Counted from the first letter of the stretch, positions 7,273-17,410 are shown. The stretch: 28,959 nt of DNA from Armatimonadota bacterium (GCA_016235455.1 JACRKZ010000028.1:1-28959), one strand, 5' to 3'. Program-made: numbers and translations. Notes: generated by a model not told the origin, from the letters alone.

Positions 7273-10200
7273 GTGAGCAACGCCCCCCAGTCACCGTCCG
7301 CAGCCGCCCCGCTCGGCACGCTCGACGCCGTGTCGTACCGGCTGGGTGTCGGTTCGGCCCGCCGCATCGAAGCGCTTGACGGCGACTGCGAGCGCATCCT
7401 GGGCGTCACCCGCGAGCAGTTGCTGGCGGCTGGGCTGGATCTTTGGCGCGGGCGCATCCCCGCCGTGTCCCGTCGGCGCAACCGCGGCGCGCTGCGGCAG
7501 GCGTTGGCCCGACGTGAACGTTTCGTGTTGGCCTACCGTCTGCGCGATCCCGACGGTGCGCGCCGCTGGGTGGCCGAATCCGGCATCGGCCGGTGGGACA
7601 GCGCCGGCCGACTCGTGGCCATCGAGGGCCTCGTCGTCGACCTGAGCGACATGGCTCGGCTCCTCGGCCTCCAGCAGCAGGTCAGCACCAACATGGCCGC
7701 GCTGCTGGCGGCCACCGACGAACTGGCCGGTATCGATGACCTCGCGTTGCTCTGCCGACGCGCCGTGGAGCTCGCCCGCGAGCGGCTGGGCATGGAGCGC
7801 TGCGGGCTGTTCCTCCTGGAGCCCGACGGCCAGACCTTCCGCGGCACGTTCGGCACCGACCTGCACCGACAGACCACCGACGAGCGGGCCAGCGTCGTCA
7901 GCGCGCCGCTCATGCTGGCCGCGCTGGCGCCGACCCGCAGCCGCGCGGACCGACTGTGGCATCGGGCGCTCGAGCAGCCCTTCGAATGGCGCGGCCAGGC
8001 CGGGGAGCCGCTCGACGGCCCGCCCGTCTGGGTGGTGCTGACACCGCTGCAGACCGGCCGCCTGTCGGTCGGGTTCATGGCCAATGACCGCGCCATCTCG
8101 CGCGGCCCGCTCGATGAGGGGCAGCAAGACCTGCTAGCCGTCTACTGCGCCTTGCTGGCCGGGCTTATCGAGCGCCAGCAGGCCGCCGAGGCCCTGCGCC
8201 GGCACCAGGCCGAGTACCGCGACATGGTCTCCAACTCGGCCAACGCCCTGGCGTTCGTCCAGGTCGACAGCGACGATCTTGGCCAGCCGGGCGAAGCGCG
8301 GATCTTGATGGCCAATGAGCGCTGCCAGGCGATCGCCGGCGTTGGCCGCCTCGATGGGCGCCGGCTCGACGATGTGTTCCCACCCGACCAGTGGCCGTTG
8401 ATTGCGCTGTTCTGGCCCGTTGTGCAGGACGGCCAACCACGGCGCGCCGAGATCGACCTGCCCGCCGTCGGCCGCGTATACGCGGTCACCGCGTTCCGGC
8501 CACGCGCCGGCTGCTTCGCGCTGAGCTTGAGCGATGTCACCGAGTCGCGCCGCCATGCCCAAGAGCAACAACTCAACCAGGCCCGGCTCGATGCGCTGCT
8601 CGCCCTCAACCAGATGGCTGACGCGGACGATCGCGAGTTGTGCCTGTTCGCCCTCGAGCAAGGGGTCGCACTGACCGGTAGCCGGTTTGGGTACCTGGCC
8701 TTCACCAACGAGGACGAGACGGTGCTGACCATGCACTCTTGGTCGCAGGCCGCCATGGACGGGTGCGAAGTGGCGAATGTCAGCTTCGACTACCCGCTGG
8801 CCAGCACCGGCCTGTGGGGCGAGCCCGTACGGCAGCGGCGCGTCGTCATCAGCAATGCCTACTCCCTTGACGATCCGCTGGCCAAGGGCACGCCCGCCGG
8901 CCATGTGCCCATCACGCGCCACATGGGTGTGCCCATCTTCGACGGCGAGCGCATCGTCGCGGTGTGCGGCGTGGCCAACAAGGCCGAGCCCTACGCCGAC
9001 GACGACGCCCGCCAACTCAGCCTGCTCATGGGCGGCATGTGGCGCGTGCTCGGACGGCAGCGCGCCGAGGAAGCCCTGCGCCGGGCCCAGGCCGAGCTGC
9101 GCCGCAGTGAAGAGCGCTACCGAATGCTCTTCGACCATGCGCCGATCGGCATCATCCAGTACGACGCCGACGGCGTGCTGGAGCGGGCCAACGACGCCTT
9201 CTGCCGGCTGGTCGGCGCCGCCGCCGAGCAGTTGGTCGGCATGCGCTTGCTGGACCATCCCGATGCCGCCATCCGGGACGGCGCGGCGCGCGTCCTCGCG
9301 GGCCACACCCATCGCTTTGAAGGCGAGCAGCAGACCACGCTTTCCGGCAAGCCGGTGCAGGTACGCACGCTCTCGCATCCGCTGCGCCACGAGGATGGCA
9401 GCCTGCTCGGCGGCATGACCATGGCCGAGGACATCTCCGAGCGACTGCAGCTCGAGGAGCGCCTGCGGCAGAGCTCCAAGATGGAGGCGGTGGGCCGGCT
9501 CGCCGGCGGCGTGGCCCACGATTTCAACAACCTGCTGACCACCATCGTCGGCTACACCGAACTGGCGCTCGCCGGCATGCACGCTCGGGACCCGCTGCGA
9601 CGCGACCTGGAGGCCATCAGCCGCGCCGCCGAACGGGCCAACGGTCTCACGCGTCAACTGCTGGCCTTCAGCCGACGGCAGGTGCTTTCGCTGGAGCTGG
9701 TCGACCTGAATCGACTGGTGCGCGACATGATGGCCATGCTCCGGCCACTGCTTGGCGAGGACATCGAGCTGTGCCTCGACCTGGCGGCCGACCTGGCGAC
9801 CACCAAGATCAACCCCGGCGGGTTCGAGCAGGTGCTCATGAACCTGTGCGTCAACGCGCGCGACGCCATGCCCGATGGCGGCCAGCTGGCCATCGCCACG
9901 CGCAACGCGCAGGTCGCGCCCGACCAGATCGCGCACGCCCCAGCGGACCATGACGGCCGGTATGTGGTGCTCACCGTGCGCGATACCGGCGTCGGCATGG
10001 ACGAGGCCACGCGCGCGCTGATCTTCGAACCGTTCTTTACCACCAAGCCCCAGAGCAAGGGCACCGGGCTGGGTCTGGCCACCACCTACGGCATCGTGCA
10101 CCAGAGCCAGGGCTGGATCACCGTCGAGAGCGCCACGGGCCAGGGCGCCACCTTCAGCGTCTACCTGCCGGCCAGCACCGAAGCAGCCACGCCGAGCCCG

Positions 10201-10620
10201 GCCCCCACCGCGCCCGGCCCTGGGCCGGCGGGGCCCGCCGGCGCGGGCCTCATCCTGCTCGTGGAGGACCAGGTCGAGGTGCGCGTGCTGGCCAGACGCA
10301 TCCTGGAAAACCATGGCTACCAGGTCATCGAGGCCGAGGACGGTGTGGCCGCTCTGGCCGCGCTCAGCGGCCTACCGCAGCCGCCCGACCTGCTCATGAC
10401 GGATGTGATCATGCCCCGCATGGGCGGCGCCGAGTTGGCCACGGAACTCCGCCAGGCACGGCCCGGCCTGCCGGTGCTGTTCGTCTCGGGCTACACCGAC
10501 AACGCCCTGGCCCGACTCGGCGCCGCCGAAGCCGGCACCGCCTTCCTGCCCAAGCCCTTCGCCCCGAGCGCCGTCATCGCGACCGTGCGGCGCCTGCTGG
10601 ACGAGGCCGCCGGAGCATGA
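7273..10620 (+). CDS. Cytoplasmic hybrid sensor histidine kinase (PAS-GAF-PAS-GAF-PAS-HisKA-HATPase-REC)
   Basis: H-box [16 protein letters not shown]-box [24 protein letters not shown] and GTGLGL. Receiver motifs LLVED, MTDVIMP, SGY and KPF. No TM segments seen. Confidence 0.95.
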   Translation: MSNAPQSPSAAAPLGTLDAVSYRLGVGSARRIEALDGDCERILGVTREQLLAAGLDLWRGRIPAVSRRRNRGALRQALARRERFVLAYRLRDPDGARRWVAESGIGRWDSAGRLVAIEGLVVDLSDMARLLGLQQQVSTNMAALLAATDELAGIDDLALLCRRAVELARERLGMERCGLFLLEPDGQTFRGTFGTDLHRQTTDERASVVSAPLMLAALAPTRSRADRLWHRALEQPFEWRGQAGEPLDGPPVWVVLTPLQTGRLSVGFMANDRAISRGPLDEGQQDLLAVYCALLAGLIERQQAAEALRRHQAEYRDMVSNSANALAFVQVDSDDLGQPGEARILMANERCQAIAGVGRLDGRRLDDVFPPDQWPLIALFWPVVQDGQPRRAEIDLPAVGRVYAVTAFRPRAGCFALSLSDVTESRRHAQEQQLNQARLDALLALNQMADADDRELCLFALEQGVALTGSRFGYLAFTNEDETVLTMHSWSQAAMDGCEVANVSFDYPLASTGLWGEPVRQRRVVISNAYSLDDPLAKGTPAGHVPITRHMGVPIFDGERIVAVCGVANKAEPYADDDARQLSLLMGGMWRVLGRQRAEEALRRAQAELRRSEERYRMLFDHAPIGIIQYDADGVLERANDAFCRLVGAAAEQLVGMRLLDHPDAAIRDGAARVLAGHTHRFEGEQQTTLSGKPVQVRTLSHPLRHEDGSLLGGMTMAEDISERLQLEERLRQSSKMEAVGRLAGGVAHDFNNLLTTIVGYTELALAGMHARDPLRRDLEAISRAAERANGLTRQLLAFSRRQVLSLELVDLNRLVRDMMAMLRPLLGEDIELCLDLAADLATTKINPGGFEQVLMNLCVNARDAMPDGGQLAIATRNAQVAPDQIAHAPADHDGRYVVLTVRDTGVGMDEATRALIFEPFFTTKPQSKGTGLGLATTYGIVHQSQGWITVESATGQGATFSVYLPASTEAATPSPAPTAPGPGPAGPAGAGLILLVEDQVEVRVLARRILENHGYQVIEAEDGVAALAALSGLPQPPDLLMTDVIMPRMGGAELATELRQARPGLPVLFVSGYTDNALARLGAAEAGTAFLPKPFAPSAVIATVRRLLDEAAGA

Positions 10621-10844
10621 CGCCGAGGCACGCCGCCACGCGCGCGCCCGGCGAGCGCAACCCACCAATGAATCGCGGAGCGATTATATGACGCTTGTGT
10701 AACGCTTCGACGGCGCGACCACCGCCACGTCGTTCCGCGCCACGCATCTCAGAACGATCAACCGCGCCTGTGGGGCTGTCTGGCGCTTCTGTGACACGAA
10801 TATGAACCAAAAGGACCGATGCCCCCTTGATCTGGAATTCGATG

Positions 10845-10872
10845 TGTGGATAATGAGGGTGGCGGTGGACAA
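10845..10872. promoter_or_regulatory. DnaA boxes overlapping a putative promoter
   Basis: TGTGGATAA (10845-10853) is the perfect reverse complement of TTATCCACA. GGTGGACAA (10864-10872) is a degenerate box in the same orientation. TTGATC-16 bp-GATAAT lies at 10827-10854. Confidence 0.5.
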
Positions 10873-10956
10873 TTGGCCCCCCCGGAGGTGTCCCCCCCTG
10901 CGCCTCCATGCCTGTTGCCCTCCGCCTTCCCTTTTGGGTCTGGCTAAGGCCGGACC
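10861..10956 (+). ncRNA. Candidate structured small RNA
   Basis: Begins 7 nt after GATAAT. 5' GGCGGTGGACAA pairs with TTGCCCTCCGCC (10915-10926). Inner stem GGAGGTG/CGCCTCC has a C7 loop. A pyrimidine/T tract and the hairpin GGTCTGGC-TAAG-GCCGGACC follow. Confidence 0.35.
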
Positions 10957-11056
10957 GGATCGTTGTCTGCCGCGGGCGCAGGGCGTCCGGCGGAGCGCGC
11001 GTTGCACGTCACCGGGCGTGACTGGCGCCTGACGGTCACGGGTGCGCGCAGGTCGG

Positions 11057-11085
11057 ATGACAGCCGGTGCGACGCGGGGTACACT
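11057..11085 (+). promoter_or_regulatory. Sigma70-type promoter for DUF151-pyk
   Basis: ATGACA-17 bp-TACACT. Confidence 0.55.
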
Positions 11086-11092
11086 GGGTCCT

Positions 11093-11521
11093 ATGAGGGA
11101 CCCAATGGACGATTCCGGGCGCTATTGGCAGGTCGAGGTGCGCGGCGTGGAGCATGACGGCGGCAAGCCCGTGGTCATCCTGCGCGACGAGACCGACCGC
11201 CTGCTGCCCATCGTCATCGGCCATTGTGAAGCCGTGGCCATCGCGCAGCGCCTCGACGACGATTTCGACCCGCCACGCCCCTTCACTCAAGACCTGGCGC
11301 TGGCTCTGTTCAAGCGCCTCGCCGCCACCCTCACCCAGGTACGCATCGATGACCTGTGGGAAGGTGTCTACTACAGCAAGCTCACGCTGGAGCAGGCGGG
11401 CCGGCTAGTCGAAGTCGACTGCCGACCCAGCGACGGCATCGCTTTGGCCCTGGCCGCCGGCGCGCCCATTCTGGTCGCCGAAAAGGTCATGGCCGAGGGC
11501 GGGCAGACTCCAGAGAGCTGA
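11093..11521 (+). CDS. Bifunctional nuclease family protein (DUF151)
   Basis: PVVILRD, RLLPIVIGHCEAVAI, PPRPFTQDL and DCRPSDGIALAL motifs. Start at ATG 11093 or 11105. Confidence 0.9.
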   Translation: MRDPMDDSGRYWQVEVRGVEHDGGKPVVILRDETDRLLPIVIGHCEAVAIAQRLDDDFDPPRPFTQDLALALFKRLAATLTQVRIDDLWEGVYYSKLTLEQAGRLVEVDCRPSDGIALALAAGAPILVAEKVMAEGGQTPES

Positions 11522-11533
11522 GGCAGGGACTCT

Positions 11534-12949
11534 GTGCGTCGTACCAAGATACTAGCCACGCTCGGACCGCGCACGCGTGGCCGTGACCAGGTGCGAGCCC
11601 TGGTCGACGCCGGCGCCAATGCGTTCCGGCTCAACTTCAGCCATGGCCAGCCGCCCGAGCACGAGGCGGCCGTGGCCGTCATCCGCGCCATCGAAGCCGA
11701 GATGGGTCGGCCCATCGCCATCCTGCAAGACCTGCAAGGGCCCAAGATACGTGTCGGCGACCTGGCCTCGCCCGAGGGCATCGACCTGGTCGCCGGCCGG
11801 CTGCTGCGGCTCGACGCCGACCGCACCCCGGGCGATGCGACTCGCGTGGGCGTCAGTCCGAGAGTGCTGCTCGACGAGTTGCCTGTGGGCTCGCGCGTGC
11901 TACTGCGCGACGGCCTGATCGAGTTGACCGTCGAGACTGTCCTGGACGACGCGCTGCTCTGTCGCGTGGTCAATGACGGCCACCTGACCGCGCATGCGGG
12001 CATCAATGTGCCCGACTGCGACCTGTCCGTGCCCGCGCTGACGGACAAGGACCGCGAAGACCTGGCCTTCGGCGCGTACCTGGGCGTGGACTGGGTGGCA
12101 CTGTCGTTCGTCCGCCGGCCCGAAGACCTGGTCCTGGCGCGCGAGGAGATGGTGCGCCTGGGCTCGGCCGCGCGGCTCATGGCCAAGATCGAGAAGCCCA
12201 GCGCCGTGGCGCGCTTCGAGGCGGTGCTGGCCGAAGCCGACGGCATCATGGTGGCCCGCGGCGATCTGGGCGTGGAGCTGCCGGCGCACGAGGTACCCGT
12301 GGTACAGCGCCGGTTGGTGCGGCGCTGCGTCGAGGCCGGCAAGCCCGTGGTCGTCGCCACGCAGATGCTCGAGTCGATGATCGTCAACCCGCGGCCCACT
12401 CGCGCCGAGGCCAGTGACGTGGCCACGGCCATCTACGAACTGGCCGATGCCGTCATGCTCTCGGGCGAGACCGCCGCTGGCGCCCATCCCGTGGCGGCCG
12501 TGGCCACCATGGCCCGCATCGCCGAAACGGTGGAGGCTAGTGAGGACTTCGTCGAGTCGCTGCACCGCTGGTACGCCGTCACCGAGCCCGAACTGGGCGC
12601 CGCGCTCACCCATTCGGCCTGCCGGCTGGCCCAGGTACTGCCCGCCGCGGTGGTGGCCACCTACACCATGACCGGCGCGACGGCGCGCCGCGCCGCGCGC
12701 CACCGGCCCGGCGCCATTGTGGCCCCGCTGACGCCCAACCTGGTCACGGCGCGCCAGCTCCAACTCGGCTGGGGCCTGGCCCCGATGACCGTGGAGGTGC
12801 AGGGCGATAGCGAGGATCTGATCGCCGCCGCGCGCGAGCACCTGCTCGCCGCCGGCCTGCTGTCACCCGGACAGGCCTTTGTCGTCACCGCCGGCCTGCC
12901 CTATGGGCAGCCGGGCCGCACCAATCTACTGCGCGTCGAACGCGGCTAG
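11534..12949 (+). CDS. pyk: Pyruvate kinase
   Basis: RRTKILATLGP, RLNFSHG, DLQGPKIR (Lys variant typical of K+-independent enzymes), AKIEK, MVARGDLGVE, ATQMLESM, PTRAE and MLSGETA. Confidence 0.97.
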   Translation: MRRTKILATLGPRTRGRDQVRALVDAGANAFRLNFSHGQPPEHEAAVAVIRAIEAEMGRPIAILQDLQGPKIRVGDLASPEGIDLVAGRLLRLDADRTPGDATRVGVSPRVLLDELPVGSRVLLRDGLIELTVETVLDDALLCRVVNDGHLTAHAGINVPDCDLSVPALTDKDREDLAFGAYLGVDWVALSFVRRPEDLVLAREEMVRLGSAARLMAKIEKPSAVARFEAVLAEADGIMVARGDLGVELPAHEVPVVQRRLVRRCVEAGKPVVVATQMLESMIVNPRPTRAEASDVATAIYELADAVMLSGETAAGAHPVAAVATMARIAETVEASEDFVESLHRWYAVTEPELGAALTHSACRLAQVLPAAVVATYTMTGATARRAARHRPGAIVAPLTPNLVTARQLQLGWGLAPMTVEVQGDSEDLIAAAREHLLAAGLLSPGQAFVVTAGLPYGQPGRTNLLRVERG

Positions 12950-12995
12950 ACCGCGTCTGTGGGAGGCTGGCTTGGCTGGCTCATCGCATCGTGAT

Positions 12996-14033
12996 ATGTT
13001 GATCATCAAGGTTGGGATTGACCCGCCGCGACCGGAGTTCTGGTCGCAGGCGCACGTGGGTATGCGCCTCGACAACCGCGGCTCGGTGCCGGTGGCGGTG
13101 CTGGAGGCTCGGCTGCTGGGCGCCGACGAGCAGGCTGTGGTCTCGCTGGACACGGAGCGCCTGGCGGCGGAGTTGTCGACCGAGGGGGCGGTCCTTTCGG
13201 GCCGGCTGGAAGTCGACCGCAGCCAACCGGCGCACCGTGATCCCGAGCCGCGACGGTGGACCTGGCAAGGGCCCGAGGCGGTCTGCGCCCTGTCGGTGCT
13301 GCAGCCGGGCGCGAGCCTGGCGGTGCACGGTCCGGTGCAGGTCAACACCGCGTTGGGCCGACGCTTGCGTGCCGTGGTGCGCTGGCTGCCGATGGACGCC
13401 GACCTGCCGCTGCTGACCGTGGTCTCGGCGGTGTGTGAGCCCGGCGCGGCACGGGTCGTCACGGCGCGGGTGCAGTATGCCTACGGGCTCGATGCCGGCG
13501 TGCCGGCGACGCCGGTGACGCTGGCCGAGCGCGAGCCCCTGGCGGCTTACGCGGTGGCGGCGGCGGAGCACGCCCGGCTGCTGGCCGACGCCCACGAGGC
13601 CACGGAGAGCCTGGTCTTCGAGGTCGACTCCCTGCCGCAGACGCTGGACGACGCCCGCAAGCAGGCGGCGCTGTCGGGCGGCCCGGCGGCGTGGTTCGCC
13701 GAGAAGGCGGCCTGGGCCATTGAGGCGCGCGGCGAAACCTGGCTGGTCACGCCCGACGGCATCGAGAAGGTGCGCGGCCGGTTGGTCAAGGTGATCGAGT
13801 GGTTGGGCCGCAACGAGAGCACCGAACTGGTGCTCTACTCACTGCACCCCGAGGCCGACCCCAACGGGCTGGTCAGCTACCTCGAGGAGTGCGGCCATCC
13901 CTGCAATGTGACCACGCAGCGCGGCGGCCACCGCATCAGCGTCACGGCGCGGGCCGACGAACTCATGGGACTGGTTACCGACCTGGCCGCCAAGGGCCTG
14001 GTGGTCGACGGGTATGCGGCCCGGCGGGGCTAG
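12996..14033 (+). CDS. Hypothetical protein
   Basis: Long ORF with GC3-rich codons filling the pyk-ClC gap. Start at ATG 12996 (MLIIKVG...). No recognised motif. Confidence 0.7.
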   Translation: MLIIKVGIDPPRPEFWSQAHVGMRLDNRGSVPVAVLEARLLGADEQAVVSLDTERLAAELSTEGAVLSGRLEVDRSQPAHRDPEPRRWTWQGPEAVCALSVLQPGASLAVHGPVQVNTALGRRLRAVVRWLPMDADLPLLTVVSAVCEPGAARVVTARVQYAYGLDAGVPATPVTLAEREPLAAYAVAAAEHARLLADAHEATESLVFEVDSLPQTLDDARKQAALSGGPAAWFAEKAAWAIEARGETWLVTPDGIEKVRGRLVKVIEWLGRNESTELVLYSLHPEADPNGLVSYLEECGHPCNVTTQRGGHRISVTARADELMGLVTDLAAKGLVVDGYAARRG

Positions 14034-14078
14034 ACAGATCGTGCATCGAGCATACACTGAAGCCACCGAGGTGAGCTG

Positions 14079-15872
14079 ATGCGTAGCGATGACCGTCGCC
14101 ACCAAGCGACGGACCGGGCCCTCAGCGGGCGGGCACGGTGGTCTCGACTGACGCGCCGCACCGTGGCGTGCGTTCTGGTCGGTGTGGTAGCTGGGCTCGG
14201 CGCCCGCCTGTTCTCCTGGCTGCTGCAAGGGGGCTTCGCGCTCTTCTTGGGGCGACTCTGCCACTTCTATCCTCCAGGCGCGGCGGGTGAGCCATCGCCC
14301 TTTGCCGCCTCACTGACCGGCGTGCCGCGAGTGCCTGTACGCTGGCTGCTCGTGCTGGTACCGGCGCTGGGCGGTCTGGCCAGCGGCCTGATCGTCAACC
14401 GCTTCGCGCCTGAAGCTTCGGGCCACGGGACGGACGCGGCCATCCTCTCCTTCCACCGGCTGGGGGGCCGCGTGCGAGGTCGGGTGCCGGTGGTCAAGAC
14501 GATCGCCTCCGCCGTCACCCTGGGCACCGGCGGGTCGGGCGGCAAGGAAGGCCCCATCGCGCAGATCGGTGCAGGCTTCGGAAGCCTGCTGGCCACCCGA
14601 CTGGGCATGCCCGACTCCGAGCGACGGCTGCTGATGCTGGCCGGTGTCGGTGCCGGCGTGGCCGCTATCTTCAAGGCGCCGCTGGCGGGCGCGCTGTTCG
14701 CCGGCGAGGTGCTCTACCAGAGCGAGGAACTCGAACACGAAGCGCTCGTGCCGAGCGTCGTCGCCTCGGTCGTGTCGTACTCGGTCTTCGCCTCGGTGCA
14801 CGGCTTCGACCCGGTCTTCCGCACCCCCAACCTGACCTTCAACCACCCCCAGGAACTGGTTGGCTACGCGCTACTGGGCCTGCTGTGCGGGGCGTTGGGG
14901 TGGCTGTATGTGAAGTGCTTCTACGGCGTCCACGGCGTGTTTGCCAAGCTGGCCATGCCGGCCGCGCTGAAGCCGGCGCTCGGCGGTCTGCTGACCGGGC
15001 TGGTCGGCCTGGTGTTCCCCGCGGTTCTGGCCACCAGCTACGGCTACCTGCAGCAGGCGCTCGACGGCCAGGCAACGGGCGGCGTGATCTTCTTCCTGGC
15101 GCTGGCCTTGCTCAAGATCGTCACCACATCGTTCAGCATCGGCTCGGGTGGCTCCGGCGGCGTGTTCGGGCCTGCCTTGGTGATCGGCGGCAGCCTCGGC
15201 TTCGTGGTCGGCACGGCTTGCCAGCACCTGGGGCTCATTGGCGACGCACGAGCCATGATCCCTGTGGGCATGGCCGGCTTCTTCGGCGGCGCGGCACATG
15301 CGCCGCTGTCCACCATGATCATGGTCAGCGAGATGACTGGGAACTACCAGTTGCTCGTGCCCAGCATGTTCACCTGTGCCATCGCGGTCGTCTGCCTGCG
15401 CGGCGTGCGGCTCTATCGCGAGCAGGTGCGCGACCGGCTGGCCTCACCGGCCCACGTCGAGGAATCGGTGGCCGCGCTGCTGAGAGACAAACTCGTGGCC
15501 GACTTCATGAACCGCGACGACACCCTGGTGCCGGCCGCCCTGCCGCTGGCCGAGGCCGCCGCGCTGTACACGGCAAGCGGCCACACGCGTTACGCTGTGT
15601 GTGACGAATCGGGCCGCGTGGTCGGCATCCTGGACGTGCGGGCCGTGCTGGCCGCACTGCTCGAGGCCCAGCCGCAAGCGGCCACGGCGGCGGATGCGGC
15701 CGAATCCGACTTCGCCACCGTCACTCCCGAGGACTCGCTACACGACGCTCTGCTGTTGCTCGACAATGATCCGCACGGCCTGCTGGTTGTCACATCAACC
15801 AACGGCCGTGACGCGCTCGGCACGTTGCGTCGACAGGACATGCTCCGCGGCTGGGCAGCTCACGCAGCCTGA
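14079..15872 (+). CDS. ClC chloride channel/transporter with a C-terminal CBS pair
   Basis: GHGTD, GGSGGKEGP, FKAPLAG, GGSGGVFGP, EMTGNY and LY motifs, followed by two CBS domains. GAGGTGA SD. Confidence 0.94.
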   Translation: MRSDDRRHQATDRALSGRARWSRLTRRTVACVLVGVVAGLGARLFSWLLQGGFALFLGRLCHFYPPGAAGEPSPFAASLTGVPRVPVRWLLVLVPALGGLASGLIVNRFAPEASGHGTDAAILSFHRLGGRVRGRVPVVKTIASAVTLGTGGSGGKEGPIAQIGAGFGSLLATRLGMPDSERRLLMLAGVGAGVAAIFKAPLAGALFAGEVLYQSEELEHEALVPSVVASVVSYSVFASVHGFDPVFRTPNLTFNHPQELVGYALLGLLCGALGWLYVKCFYGVHGVFAKLAMPAALKPALGGLLTGLVGLVFPAVLATSYGYLQQALDGQATGGVIFFLALALLKIVTTSFSIGSGGSGGVFGPALVIGGSLGFVVGTACQHLGLIGDARAMIPVGMAGFFGGAAHAPLSTMIMVSEMTGNYQLLVPSMFTCAIAVVCLRGVRLYREQVRDRLASPAHVEESVAALLRDKLVADFMNRDDTLVPAALPLAEAAALYTASGHTRYAVCDESGRVVGILDVRAVLAALLEAQPQAATAADAAESDFATVTPEDSLHDALLLLDNDPHGLLVVTSTNGRDALGTLRRQDMLRGWAAHAA

Positions 15873-15912
15873 CGAAGCCTGTCAAGCACCAATTGCCGAG
15901 TCGCTCCGGCCC

Positions 15913-15941
15913 TTGCCGGATGGTCGTGGGTGTGCTATAGA
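15913..15941 (+). promoter_or_regulatory. dnaA promoter
   Basis: TTGCCG-17 bp-TATAGA with an extended -10 TG. Confidence 0.55.
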
Positions 15942-16042
15942 CTCGCCATCCCCGCTGGCGGCGCACAGATCGCGGGGCACGTTTGATGGGCACAACCGGG
16001 TCGTTCAGAGGTTAGGTGTCCTACTCTCTGACGAGGGATTGC

Positions 16043-17410
16043 ATGGCATCTGCTGAACTGGCCCGAGCTTGGAGTGCGGCTGTCGCTGAGTTGCGCAAGC
16101 GCAACCCGGGCGCGGCCTTTGAGTTGTGGATCGACGATGTCCGCCCGCTGGCGCTGTCCGGTGAGTCGGTGCGCCTGGGCGTGCCCAATGCGCTGGTGCA
16201 GGACCTGATGGAGCAGCGCTTCGCCGAGGCGCTGTGCAACTCGCTCTCGACCCACCTGCGGCAGGCGGTCGAAGTCAGTTTCGAGGTCATGGCCCCCGCG
16301 CCGGACTCGCCGGCGACCGACGGCGCGCCGACGGCAGCGGTCGTAGCCGGTCTGGCGACTGGCGACGACGGTTTCCCGCCCTCGCCGCTGAACCCGCGCT
16401 TCACCTTCGACAACTTCGTCGTCGGGCCGTCCAACCGCTTTCCGCACGCCGCCGCGCAGGCCGTGGCCAAGGCGCCCGCGCGCAGCTACAACCCGCTGTT
16501 CATCTATGGCGGCGTGGGCCTGGGCAAGACCCACCTGATGCAGGCCATTGGCCACGCGGTGCGCGAGGCGCAGCCCAACGCGGTCATCGCCTATGTTTCG
16601 GGCGAGACCTTCCTCACCCACTTCGTCACCTCGATTCGCGAAGGTCGCCAGGCGGAATTCCGCCGGCGCTACCGCAACGTCGATGTGTGGTTGGTGGACG
16701 ACATCCAGTTCATGGCCAGCCGCGACGGCACGAGCACCGAGGCCGAGTTCTTCCACACCTTCAACGCGCTGCACGAGACCAACAAGCAGATTGTGGTCAG
16801 CAGCGACCGGCCGCCCAAGGACCTGATGCTCGAAGACCGCTTGCGCTCGCGCTTTGAGTGGGGCCTGATCACCGACATCCGCCCGCCGGAGATCGAGACG
16901 CGGCTGGCCATCCTACAGAAGCGCGCCGCGGACGAGAATCTGGACATGCCGCCCGACGTGCTGATGTACATCGCGCACGTGGTGCGCGACAGCGTGCGTC
17001 TGCTGGAGGGTTCGCTGCTCAAGGTGGCGGCCCAGGCGTCGCTCACCGCCCAGGAGGTGTCGCTGGCCCTGGCCCGCGACTGCCTGCAGGACTACAGCGT
17101 GGGCGACGGCGCGCCGACTCTGTCGGTGGACACCATCGTCGAGGCGGTGAGCCGGCATTTCGGCCTGCCCGTGGCCGATGTGCGTGGCAAGAGCCGGCGG
17201 GCCGACCTGGTCCTGGCACGGCAGATCGCCATGTACCTGAGTCGCGAGCTGGTGGGCGACTCCTTCGCCGAGATCGGCACACGGCTGAGCCGCGACCACT
17301 CCACGGTGATGCACGCCTGCACCAAGATCGCCGACCTGCTGTCCGCGGCCGACTCGCAGGTGGCCACGGCCCTCGAACGCGTGCAGGGCGAACTGACCGA
17401 TCGGCGCTGA
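16043..17410 (+). CDS. dnaA: Chromosomal replication initiator DnaA
   Basis: LNPRFTFDNFVVGPSN, YNPLFIYGGVGLGKTHL, DDIQF, EFFHTFN, RLRSRFEWGL, RQIAMYL and RDHSTVMHA. ATG 16043 follows GAGGGA. Confidence 0.97.
   Translation: MASAELARAWSAAVAELRKRNPGAAFELWIDDVRPLALSGESVRLGVPNALVQDLMEQRFAEALCNSLSTHLRQAVEVSFEVMAPAPDSPATDGAPTAAVVAGLATGDDGFPPSPLNPRFTFDNFVVGPSNRFPHAAAQAVAKAPARSYNPLFIYGGVGLGKTHLMQAIGHAVREAQPNAVIAYVSGETFLTHFVTSIREGRQAEFRRRYRNVDVWLVDDIQFMASRDGTSTEAEFFHTFNALHETNKQIVVSSDRPPKDLMLEDRLRSRFEWGLITDIRPPEIETRLAILQKRAADENLDMPPDVLMYIAHVVRDSVRLLEGSLLKVAAQASLTAQEVSLALARDCLQDYSVGDGAPTLSVDTIVEAVSRHFGLPVADVRGKSRRADLVLARQIAMYLSRELVGDSFAEIGTRLSRDHSTVMHACTKIADLLSAADSQVATALERVQGELTDRR

Noticed and set aside
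10861-10935. tRNA-sized fold-back sequence
   Set aside because: No D or T arm consensus (no GTTC) and no cloverleaf. Kept only as an sRNA candidate.
15987-15995. Possible DnaA box in the dnaA leader (TGGGCACAA)
   Set aside because: Too many mismatches to the consensus to support.
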